Position numbers and translations under genes: made by a program
Assembly (NCBI GenBank): GCA_943704425.1
Contig: CALSCP010000692.1
Span: 75,977-111,031 of the forward strand
From: Ministeria vibrans ATCC 50519
Lineage: Eukaryota; Protista; Filasterea
Direction of reading: 5' to 3'
Length of the DNA stretch: 35,055 nt
The notes under the pieces: generated by a model
Told to the model about the DNA's origin: nothing
Databases searched by the model: none
The model's input: only the letters and a program-made list of their open reading frames with translations
Shown: positions 1-19,312 of the stretch, piece after piece
Layout of the letters: each line of letters starts with the position of its first letter
How positions within the stretch are numbered: position 1 is the stretch's first letter

Positions 1-35
1 GAGAGAGAGAGAGAGAGAGAGAGAAAGACACAAAG

Positions 36-82
<47 letters not shown>

Positions 83-201
83 AAGTGATAAAGAGAGAGA
101 GAGGATGAAGAGGAGAAAAGAAACAAAGTGATAGACAGAGAGGAGGAAGAGGAGAAGAGAAACAGCGTGATAGAAAGAGCTAGGAGAAAGAAACAAAATG
201 A

Positions 202-248
<47 letters not shown>

Positions 249-300
249 TGTTTGTGAAGAGGAAGAGGAGAAAGAAACAAAGTGATTGAAAAGTGATAGA
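1..300. repeat. Intronic (GA)n/(GT)n microsatellites with interspersed AAAGTGATAGA motif
   Basis: Seen directly; lies in a PAP intron. Confidence 0.9.
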
Positions 301-347
301 GAGAAAGAAAGTAAACAAAATGATGTTTTCTTATTATGCTGTTGTAG

Positions 348-1530
348 GAACTTTTCTACAATGCCAGTGCGACTAAACCAAGTCGACTTTGACCCTTACA
401 TTGGACTGCCCAACTGGGACCCTCAAGTACACAAGAACAATCAAGAGACAATACACAAGCAACTCAATATCTTACCTGCACTTTCAACCATATATATATT
501 TTCTCACTCTCTCACTCACACTCTATATCACGACAGGTCAACGCTCGCAACCGGTACGACGTGATGCCTGTGATTACGCCTGCCTACCCGTGCATCAACA
601 GTACCTTCAATGCGACTCGGAGCACGCTCACGACCATCAAACACGAAATGAACATTGCAAAGGATTTGGTCGTCCAATGTGAGACGCGCTTTCTCGAGTG
701 GAGTGCCCTTTTTGAGAAGAGTCCTTTCTTTCTCGATTACAAACACTTTATTGAAGTCACTGCCGAGTCAGGTTCAAAAGAGGAGCACGTCAAATGGTAT
801 ACAAAGGAGAGTGAGAGTGAGAGTGAATGAGTGAGATTGAGAATAGTGGTAGTGAGAGGGAGAAGGGAGAGGGAGATTTAATGCGTGATGATGAGAGGGA
901 ATGGGAAAAACTAAGTGAATGCGCATTTTAGGGAGGGATTTGCCGAAAGTCGATTGCGCAAACTCGTCGAGGCTCTTGAGTTGTCATTTAGACAGGCACA
1001 ACTCAATCTTGGTGAAGATGTGATGGTACGACCGCTCTCACTGTCACAATCACAATACCTCTGGCTTTTGTTGTTTGTTTCTTACTTTACACTGTCTACC
1101 CGCTCTTTTGTTTACTTCCTCATTGTGGGCTTTGTTTGATTTTTTTCTCGTCGCAGTTGAGACCTTATCCTTACTCGTTTTCAAATCACTCAAACGAGAG
1201 CAAAGACGAAACGGAGATTGTAGAGAAACTGCCAGAACACGAATGGTAGTCAATAAGTGCGCTAATGTTTTTCTTTCACTGAGCCTCTCTTTCTGTCTTT
1301 GTAGGGATTTGGGCGGAGCAGTGGAGAACAATTTGGAGACGAGTGGAGAAGAGACAAAGGGAGAAAATGGAAAAAGTGCGGAAGGAGAGGGAGAAGGAGA
1401 AGGGGAAACACAGAAGAAGACGAAGGAAGAGGGAGGGAGTGAGGCGGAAGGGAGTGGGGTGGAAGGGAGTACAGCAAAGGCAGTGTATCGCTCTCTCTTT
1501 TTTATTGGACTTGCCTTTCCCAAGAAGGGT

Positions 1531-1624
<94 letters not shown>

Positions 1625-2505
1625 GTGTTCGTATATATATATATGTAATATTATGTGTGTCTATGTCTGTGTGTGTTGCGAGAAGGGGGTTATGTTTTGT
1701 TGTATTGAATGTTGCCTGTAGAGAAGCCGATTTCGCTTGATTTTGGAGCTGCCGTTGCGCGGTTTGAGACACAGCTGATGACCGAGTACCGCGAACGCAC
1801 TCCGTCTATGGCAGTTACAGTTGCGTACAAGAAATGGTATCAACATGGCACATTTTTCCTCTGTGATTCTTTTTATTTTGTTTGTGCCTGTGTGTTAGGG
1901 CGGATTTGCCTCCGCTGGTGTTTGGAGGAGAAGAAGAGATGGCCAAGGCGAACCGAGCGAGAAAGCAAAAGAAGAAGAAGTCAGCCAAATCATCGTCAGT
2001 CCCCAAAACGACCACTGCAACCACTGCGGCTGTACCGGCCAAGGGCAATGACGACCAGTCGAAAAAACGACCGCTCACCGACGAAGAAGTACAAACTGTG
2101 TTGTCTCCGTGCAACGTGCGCACTGCTCCTTAACACTGTACCTTTTTCATCGTGTAGCTTGGACCGGAAGACGCTGATACAAAGCGAGCACGCACAGGCG
2201 CCTCAGACGATGCAGCGCCAGCAACGACAGACTCTGCCACCACCACCACCACCACCACAACAACAACAACAGCAACAGCAGCTCCTGCAGTCGTCCCCTC
2301 TCAACCTAAACGGTACACTACACCCACACGTTCTCACGCACACTCACCCATTCTCAATCTGTGACATCTTTCCTATTCTTTCATTGTCTATCTCTCCCTC
2401 TTCTCTGCTCTCAGACCCGACATAGAGCTTGGCGCAGGCGATGATGCACACTCCGAAGACCTCTCTGCCGCTAAGCGAGGCCCAATCAAGCTCGTCATGC
2501 AATAA
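348..2505 (+). CDS. PAP1: Canonical poly(A) polymerase, 3' part (multi-exon; 5' exons lie outside the window)
   Basis: Spliced exons give WNFSTMPVRL..LPNWDPQ|VNARNRYDVMPVITPAYPCINSTFNATRSTL..FF..YKHFIEV..W|GFAESRLRKLV..LRPYP..YRSLFFIGL..ADLPPLVF. These match the PAP central (MPIITPAYP-NST-NV) and RNA-binding domains. The protein ends ..RGPIKLVMQ with TAA at 2503-2505. Confidence 0.93.
1533..1622. repeat. (GT)n microsatellite in a PAP intron
   Basis: Seen directly, immediately after a GTACGT donor. Confidence 0.95.
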
Positions 2506-2681
2506 CAACCACTCGCTCTCTCATTTTAGAAATAGTTCTTACTACTAACCACCTTGATACTCTCAATCACATCAAACACTCTCACACAACAAAAAAAAAG
2601 AAATAGAAAGTAAATTAAATGAATAAAAGGTAAAGAAAAAGTAAAAATGGTGCACTCACAAATATATAAGAATGAAGAAAT

Positions 2682-6512
<3,831 letters not shown>

Positions 6513-6638
6513 ATTATTTGTTTCAGCCGACAAGAGAGAAGAATTAATATTAAAATATTTTTGATTTCAAACTTGTTCATTTTCATTTTTCGAACACTAA
6601 TCTGTAATCAGTTCATTTCGCATTCATTTAGCAGTCAG
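6513..6638. promoter_or_regulatory. Putative bidirectional promoter for CDC27 and CETN3
   Basis: Only 126 nt of AT-rich DNA separate the two divergent ATGs. Confidence 0.6.
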
Positions 6639-6889
6639 ATGTCGTCATTGAAAGCAGACTTGTCACTGGACAGATCGAAGAGGCGCCGGCGCCCCGAACT
6701 CAGCGACGAACAGAAGCAGGAGGTACAGACGATTGGGAGTTGTTCAGTCGCCACTGGTCGAGTTATGTGCGGTTCATGAGACGCTAGAGAGTCCCTGAGG
6801 GCAGTGTTTATGATTTGAATGTGCGTCTTGCAAAGCGACACGCGTTGGGTGTGCGGAGAGGACTGTTTTGGGGAAACAGAGAGAGAGAG

Positions 6890-6923
<34 letters not shown>

Positions 6924-7546
6924 CAAAAGACGTTGAGTGTTGAGTGACTGTTTGTTGTGCTGTGGTGTACGTGTAGGTGCGGGAGGCGTTTGACCTGTTT
7001 GACAACGACAAAGACGGGCATGTGGACTACCACGAGCTGAAGGTAGGGCGCGGGAGGGGGCGAGGGGGCGCGTGGAGTGACGTGCGCGGTGGGTGTGCAG
7101 GTGGCAATGCGCGCGCTGGGCTTTGACGCGAAAAAGGCCGACGTGCTGAAGATCCTGCGCGACCACGACCGCGACGGCAGCGACAAGATTAGCTATGATG
7201 ATTTCTACGAAGTCAGTAAGTGGCAGTGTGCTCAGCTGAAAGGAGCTTAAGCGAATTGCGACGGTGTTTTGAACGGCTGTTGTGTGTTGTTGTTGTTGTT
7301 GTTGCTGCAGTGTCAGAACGGATTCTGGCAAGGAATCCTCGCGACGAGATTCTCAAGGCATTCCGGCTGTTTGACGACGACGAGACAGGAAGGATTTCGT
7401 TGCGAAACATGCGGCGGGTGGCGCGTGAGCTTGGGGAGACGATTGGCGATGAGGAGTTGCAGGCGATGATTGATGAGTTTGACCGCAATGGCGACGGAGA
7501 GATTGACGCAGACGAGTTTATGTCGATTATGACTGCAGACTACTGA
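6639..7546 (+). CDS. CETN3: Centrin-3 (Cdc31 type) EF-hand protein, 4 exons
   Basis: [28 protein letters not shown]|[22 protein letters not shown]|[19 protein letters not shown]..|..[41 protein letters not shown]. The DYHELK and KKADVLKIL motifs are typical of centrin-3. Confidence 0.95.
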
Positions 7547-7594
7547 GCAAATATGGATTGTAAGGAGAACAGAATCACTTTAGGGGGGTTGTCT

Positions 7595-13092
<5,498 letters not shown>

Positions 13093-13406
13093 ATTGAAAA
13101 TGTTTGAGTGAGATGTGGTTTCAGGTTTGATTAGATTAGAAGTTAACCTTTAACCACCATAATAAAAGTGTAATAAAATGATCCAGCTGACCATGCGAGG
13201 CGCAACGAGGTCGCCTTGCCACTTGCAGACCGACAGACAGCAAGCAGAAATGACTTGATTGAGGAACCGAACCTCCGCGAGGCAGCAGTACGAGGATTGT
13301 GCCGGATGACACTCAGGGGAATTTCCATACATTCGTAGTCAGATAATCATTACCATTATTCACATTTGATTCTTGTCTCTTCCCTTTGTGCACGTATAAC
13401 ACAGCA

Positions 13407-13638
13407 ATGAAGAACTCCGTGGTTGTCGCGGCCCTCGTCGCCGTGTTTGCTTCGGGTGTTGCCCTTGCGCTGACCCCGTGCGGTACGCCAGTGCCAACAC
13501 CCACACGCGCCCCTCCCCTGCATCGCCGTCTTACCCATCTTCATTGCAGTCCTTCCCCAGCAGTATACCGCCTCCGTCTTTCAAGTTCGTAACCTCCATT
13601 GTTCACCCTAACAACTTTTAATGCTTTCTATTTGCTTT

Positions 13639-13675
<37 letters not shown>

Positions 13676-13772
13676 CTGTCTGTCTGTCTGTCTCTGTCTG
13701 TCTGTCTGTCTTTGTCTGTCTGTGCGTCTCTGTCTCTGTCTGTGTGTCTCTGTCTGTCTCTGTCTGTCTGTC

Positions 13773-13815
<43 letters not shown>

Positions 13816-14603
13816 TTGTCTGTGTGTCTCTCTGTTTGTCTCTATCTGTCTCTCTATCTGTCTCTCTATCTGTCTCTCTGTCTGTCTCTCTGTCTGTCTC
13901 TCTGTCTGTCTCTCTGTCTGTCTCTCTGTCTGTCTCTCTGTCTATCTCTCTCCCGTGTGTCCTCTGCTCTACCAGTGGTCGCCCAACGGAATCCCTGCCA
14001 TTCCTGCTCCTCCCATGCACCAGACCTTTGCCATCACCGTCGACGCTCCCACGCGCCGCGTCAAGCTCGACGTGAACACCACGCTGGATCAGTACGGCAT
14101 TTCCTTCAACAATATTCTTGTCTTCCAATTCTACGACGAGAAGCTGCAGTACACCGTCGAGGACAATGGGGCGGGCAACTGCACCGTCGCGACGTACAAC
14201 GAGCCGTGGTTCCCCCCCGTCATTCCCGACAACAGCACCTACGTCGGCAACTTCCGTCTCTTCAAGCAGTCTGACAATGCTTACATGAACACCTGGTGTG
14301 CCAACAACTATGCGTCCTTCCGGGAGGCCTGCTTCTCCGTCACTGCCGACACCTGCTGGCCCATCGAAATGTCCTTTCAGGTATGTCACGACATTGTTTC
14401 TTTTACAAGTTCACGTTTGTCTTTCTCTTTCTCTTTTGTTCTTCTGAATGTAGACTGTCGAAGCGGACGATTCAGTGACGTACATTGAGCAGAAGCTCTT
14501 CAACTACACTCCGTTTGTTCCTACGGCGTCCACCTTTGCCCTTCCCCCGCAGTGTCCCCCCTTTCCCACCCTCACTACCACTGTTCCAACTCCCACTGTG
14601 TAA
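13407..14603 (+). CDS. Ependymin-related (EPDR-like) secreted/lysosomal protein, paralog 1, 4 exons
   Basis: Signal peptide [21 protein letters not shown], then TPC-x-x-P-x-x-Y, [40 protein letters not shown] and C-terminal [11 protein letters not shown]. This is the Cys/Pro pattern of the ependymin family. Confidence 0.8.
13640..13952. repeat. (TCTG)n/(TC)n microsatellite in intron 2 of EPDR paralog 1
   Basis: Seen directly; absent from the equivalent intron of paralog 2. Confidence 0.9.
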
Positions 14604-14761
14604 TACAAGGATTACCTATTTATGTTAAGCAGAATGAGTTATCAAGTATCAACTGATAACTGTACTGGTTTCTGATTGTTTTGATTTTCATCCTTTTCAG
14701 AATATAGAAATGTGTCGAGTTCTCACTCTGTTCTTGCTCAATAATCAATTTCTTTCTCGCT

Positions 14762-15646
14762 ATGAAGACTTCAACAGCAGTCGTAGTCGCGCTCTTGTGT
14801 GCAGCAGTCTCTGCTTTGGCCGTTACGCCTTGTGGTACGACCAGTCAAAGTGTTTATGATTCCATCTCAGCCGTTTCCGCCTCTCTCGCCCTCTTTCCTT
14901 GTTCCTTACTTTGTCCAGATGTTCCTCAATCATACAAGGCGACTGTCTTTCAGGTATGCCTCACGCATTTGGCGATACACAATAGCAACTGACTGGGTGC
15001 TTTCCCCGCTCGCCCCTCTCCTCTGCGCCCTGCCCCCTGCTGCTTAGTGGTTCCCAAACGGAATCAAGCCTGTCGACGGCCCTCCCCTGCACCAGCTGTT
15101 CGACATCATCGTCGACAGTGCGGCGCACCAGGCCGTCATGACCGTCAACACCACCCTCGACGAATATGCCATCTCCGTCGACAACATCCTCACCTACCTC
15201 TTCTTCGACCAGAAGCTGCAGTACAGCGTCGAGGACAACGGCGCCGGCAACTGCTCGGTGGCGCCCTACGACGTCCCCTATCTCCCCTGGGTCATTCCCG
15301 ACAACAGCACCTACGTCGGCAACTTCCGTCTCTTCAAGCAGTCTGACAATGCCTACATGAACACCTGGTGTGCCAACGACTTTGGCTTCTTTCAGGAGGC
15401 CTGCTTCTCCGTCACTGCCGACACCTGCTGGCCCATTGAGCTTTCCATGAAGGTACGGCGTCTTCGTGCTGCACGCCAACCCTAACATTGTGCGTCTCTG
15501 CATAGTTTTTGGACACCAACAGCACAGTGACGTATCTCGAACAGAAGTACTACAACTTCGAGCCGTACACTCCTCCCGCATCGACCTTCCAGCTGCCCCC
15601 TCAGTGCCCTCCCCTCCCCTCTCCAACTGTGTCCCCAACAATGTAG
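14762..15646 (+). CDS. Ependymin-related (EPDR-like) protein, paralog 2, 4 exons
   Basis: MKTSTAVVVALLCAAVSALAVTPC|DVPQSYKATVFQ|[29 protein letters not shown]|FLDTN..YYNFEPYTPPASTFQLPPQCPPLPSPTVSPTM*. Intron positions are the same as in paralog 1. Confidence 0.8.
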
Positions 15647-15805
15647 AAAGGAACAATCATCTTCATTTTACCGCCATAGATCATAGACCGCTGGGCCGGA
15701 CCGCGGTAGCTTACTGAGTGAAGTATCAAGTACACGGCCCCGACTCCTCAAGTAGACTGTACCCTGGATCACTGTGTTTAATCGCGATCTTGTTGAACTC
15801 GTCAA

Positions 15806-15862
15806 TCTAAAATTCTAAATTTCTAAAATCTAAAATCTAAAATCTAAAATCTAAATTCTAAT
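15806..15862 (+). repeat. Tandem TCTAAA(A/T) repeat, ~8 units, just upstream of the RNase MRP RNA
   Basis: tctaaaat tctaaatt tctaaaa x4 tctaaat tctaat. Confidence 0.85.
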
Positions 15863-15890
15863 CAGTTGTATTTCCAAAGACACTGCAAAG

Positions 15891-15958
15891 GTACTGTCTC
15901 ATCAATCCCTACACCACGACTGACCCTCCCCACCCACCCCTCCCCTCCCATCTCATAG
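15891..15958 (+). other. Spliceosomal intron 1 of the RNase MRP RNA gene (68 nt)
   Basis: AAG|GTACTG donor, ACTGAC branch-like site at 15919-24, C/T-rich tract, CATAG| acceptor. Removal joins P1(5')-AG-P2(5') as in canonical MRP RNA. Confidence 0.8.
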
Positions 15959-16014
15959 GACTGTAAGTCGGAGCTACAAACGAAGCGGAGGAAGGGAAAC
16001 CTTTCGGTTGCTTG

Positions 16015-16325
16015 GTACGTCGTCTTGGCTCGCTGCGGATTTGTGGGGGGGGGATGCGGAAGAAACTGCCTTAAACAGCGCACATTGCACGTCAAAGGCG
16101 AAAAGAAAAAAAAGAAAAGAAAAAAAAAGAAGAAAAGGTCGTTTGCACATGCGGTTGGGTGTGCACGCGGTGAATGCTTGGGGTGCTGCCATCAGAGCGA
16201 CACGGTCCAGCTCCGCAGATGCACAGCATGCTTCGATTGCGCCTCTTCCGTGCTGCAGTGGCGTTCTTTGTCGTTTCCGACTTTTGACATTTTCGCTCTC
16301 TCTCTCTCTTCTCTCTCCTCTGTAG
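16015..16325 (+). other. Spliceosomal intron 2 of the RNase MRP RNA gene (311 nt)
   Basis: TTG|GTACGT donor, TTGAC branch-like site at ~16284-88, long (CT) tract, TGTAG| acceptor. Removal gives a compact P3 domain. Confidence 0.75.
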
Positions 16326-16735
16326 AATTGCTCTGGGGAAAGTCCCCGGACACTGGGCAGCAAGTGCCACGTGCCGAAGGAGTGCACGTCCACGCGTGGG
16401 CAGCCCCGCTCTGCCGAGTGGAAAGGGTCGCTGCGCCATGACGCCTGCTGAGACACCCCGTGCCCTGTGCAGGGGTTGCAGCACGGCTGAGCCGAGCGAC
16501 CCGCGTGCGCCAGCGTGATCGTCCAAACACAGTGATACAGTCAACGGGGGCACGGCAATATGCGGCGGGAGAGCGGCCCTCGGGTCGTTCCCCACGATGC
16601 GCTGTGCTCTGGTCAACACAACGGGGCTCACTCTTGCATTGGTGTCAATCGGAAGTACAACTCACCAAAAAAAAAAAAATAGAGAAAAAGAATAGAATAG
16701 ATTGTACAACGCAGAAAGGGAAGGGAAGGGGGGCA

Positions 16736-19312
16736 TTAGAGGAGACAGCGACGGAAGACGAAGCGATGAGTGTCGTCGGTAGCGGAGGGGGGCCACTTGA
16801 GCTTGCGGTCCTGAGGGTGCTGATCAGGGCCAATCGGGTATTCTGTTTGAGGGTGTGGTTGTATTAGTATGGAAGTGTGTGCGCTGAATGCGTTTTGCGC
16901 GTGTGTGCGAACCTTTTCCTTCGCGCAATTCGAATAGTTTGTATGAGGTGTAGTCTTCGTGTCGAATGTTGAACCGTCGACACACCATTTCACTGTGCAC
17001 AAGAAACTTGTGTGAGAAAAAGAAACACATACACACACACACACACAAGCAGAGCCTCTTACATTGCTTCTGTGGTTGTCGTTGGATTGCGAATGGGAAA
17101 TGTCTTGAAGACACGTCCAAAGGGATCACCGGGAAAGTAGACGCGCAAAAAGGACTGCATTTCGGAGATGGAGGGCATGCGACGCATCTGCAAGGGCTCG
17201 CTGGGAGTAGTAGTGGCAGTGGCAGTGGTCGTCGAGGTAGAGTCCAGCGGCGCCTTGTATGTCTTAAGGACTTGTACTGCACTGCTGAACACAGTTAGGA
17301 AATACCCTCCTTCGCCTGTCAGAAGTTTAGGCTCGAGCAGTCCTATTTTCAAAGTGTGAGTATTTTTTCTCTGTGTGTCTGTGTGCAGGCATACCCCAAA
17401 GAAGCTCGGCCTCAACTTCGCAGGAGGCCATGCCACTGAGGGCAAGCACATAGATAAAGATAGGAAGGAAGTCATCTGCGCCGAGTACAATGCGCTTGCC
17501 CTGCGCCTGCAGACGCTCCACTATGCGATGCACTGCCGCCACTGAGCTCAGCATGAACTCCAGTTTTTGCAGTGGCAGTGTTGCCTTGGCCATGTTGTGC
17601 AGACATACGACGGCCGGAGACCAATCGGAGTGCGCTAGACGCGGATTGACGCCCATCTCAGTTTGCGAGCGCATCGCAACGGCGCGCATATTGACACTGA
17701 GAGGCGTCAGAGGCTCACTATTGCCCTCCTCCGCTGCACTGCGGTTGCTTTGCAGCGTCCGAGCATTCACCTCCTCCTCCATGCGACGGTATAGCAGCGT
17801 GCGCAGTGGCTTGACCACCAGCCGCTGCAACACCACCTCCTGGATCGCATCGACATTCACTTCCACCATACCATTTGCACTCCCCTCACTGCCCCCCGCC
17901 ACTGTCCCATCCTCCTGTCCTGCTCCTTCATCCTCCCCACATTCTTCACGCAATCGCGCTGTCTCGCGCGCCACAAGACGGTTGACCGGCTCTTGCTGGT
18001 GCTTGCACAAAAAGTGCTTCATTCCATCAATAAACTGCCGCACATTACTTGCCAGCATTGTACCCGACTCAGTGCTCTCGCGCGTGCACACAATAAAGTT
18101 GTCAATGGTGCGCCCTTCCGACGTGTGTTTGCTTGAGCAGGCCTTCATGAGCATCGCTGTGACTAGTTCGTTGATAGAGCGGTGTTCGCGTCGCTGTCGG
18201 CCACCGATGCGTCGCATGAAGGGCCGAATCTTGTTCTTGAGAAGACGAGTACTGCGCGGGAGGGGCGCCGGCACGACGGCCATAGTGGTAGGCGCGGGGG
18301 GTGCTGTGGCGGGTAGTGGGGGTGCAGTGGTGGTTGGAGTGGGAGAAGTTGGAGCGGAGGTTGGATCTGGAGCGGTTGTGCTGTTGTCGTCCGTCGACGC
18401 GTTTGTCGTGGTGCTGTCGCTGGTGGTACTCGCGCGGAGAGTATTGTCAATCTCGTAGGCGGCCACGGTGAAGCTGGAGCGTGCACAGGCCGAGCCGCGC
18501 GAGGGTGAGGAAGAGAGGGTGTCGCTGGAGGGGGACGTGAGGTAGAGGTTTTGTTTGCCGCGCGATTTGGTCGGTGTCTGGCCGACAATGGCTACGCCGC
18601 CGGTGGTACCGTCGCCTGGTGGACGTGGTGGAGGCTTGGGAAGCTTGCTAAAGGCAAGTTTCTTTTTCGGTGAGGAAGAACCGCTCGCGGAGAGGATCGG
18701 AGTTGAGGAGTCGCTCGCGGTCCTGGCGATGCGAGGGGTGCTGTCAAGGGCTTTTGCTGTGGATGTGGGCCGAGAGAGAGCACTCGACTCGACTGAAGCT
18801 TCGCGTGCCATCATGTCAAGGTCTTCGTCGTCGAAAAGCTCGTCGAGTGCCGGGTTTTCTAAGTAGAATCACAATGACGATATTGATTATTGTTATTTTT
18901 ATGGTTTGTTGCAAAGCCAACGGTTGGAAACGACAGGCGCGATAAGCATACCGAACGTTTCAATGTCGTCAGGCGCATCCTGTGCCAACGAACCCACAAG
19001 AGCCGCCATGTTTTTGTCCTTGTCTTGGGCGGAATTGGGCTGGGAAGGGGCGGGGGTCGTGAGCGAGAAGAGCTCGTCAAGGTGCGCTCGCTCCTGCTGC
19101 ACCGCGTGCATTTGTCTGCTGTCGCTGGTGTCGTCGACGTGCGCAACCTGCAACGGGAAGAAGAGCGCGTGTGAGGGAGACCAAAGAGGAGCGTGAAGGG
19201 AGTGTACGTCGTCGAGAAGCTCGTCGAGTTCCGCTGCCATTGTATTGATGGCATCAAAGTAAAGGACTTTGACTCGCGCCTTGGGAGGCAGCGGTGGTGG
19301 AGCGGGGTCCAT
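16736..19312 (-). CDS. RIN-family Rab5 GEF: RIN-homology + VPS9 + Ras-association domains, no SH2 seen
   Basis: RH-like GRTIDNFIVCT..NVRQFIDGMKHFL. VPS9: LPLQKLEFML, LGADDFLPIFIYVL, ELLWG|LLEPKLLTGEGGYFLT. RA: FLRVYFP..KTFPIRNPTTTTEAI|EMVCRRFNI..YKLFELREGK|EYPIGPDQHPQDRKLKW..FVFRR. Confidence 0.85.

Larger units (their letters stand above)
15879..16646 (+). ncRNA. RMRP: RNase MRP RNA, three exons (~15879-15890, 15959-16014, 16326-~16646; ~389 nt spliced)
   Basis: CR-I GAAAGTCCCC (16338-47) pairs with CR-V ..ACAACGGGGCTCA (GGGGCT at 16623-28) to form P4. The run GGGGAAAGTCCCCGGAC..GGGCAG..AGTGCCACGTGC closely matches vertebrate RMRP as recalled. P1: GACAC-TGCAA / TTGCA-(ttg)-GTGTC. P2: GACTGTA (15959-65) / TACAGTC (16536-42), following CR-IV AGTGA. 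P3: TCGGAGC-TACAAA / GCTCTGG. Confidence 0.93.

Noticed and set aside
30-300. tetO-like AGTGATAGAGA
   Set aside because: Only a half-site with no TCCCTATC arm, and it is embedded in native GA repeats.
15806-15862. Interstitial telomeric repeat
   Set aside because: The reverse complement TTTTAGA lacks the G-run of telomere repeats.
15963-15968. Perfect GTAAGT donor inside MRP exon 2
   Set aside because: It lies 4 nt after the acceptor, and using it would delete part of P2 and the P3 5' strand, so it is treated as cryptic.
15974-16631. Several 100-180 aa ORFs on both strands
   Set aside because: They have no protein-like features and overlap the RNase MRP RNA gene, which explains the sequence.
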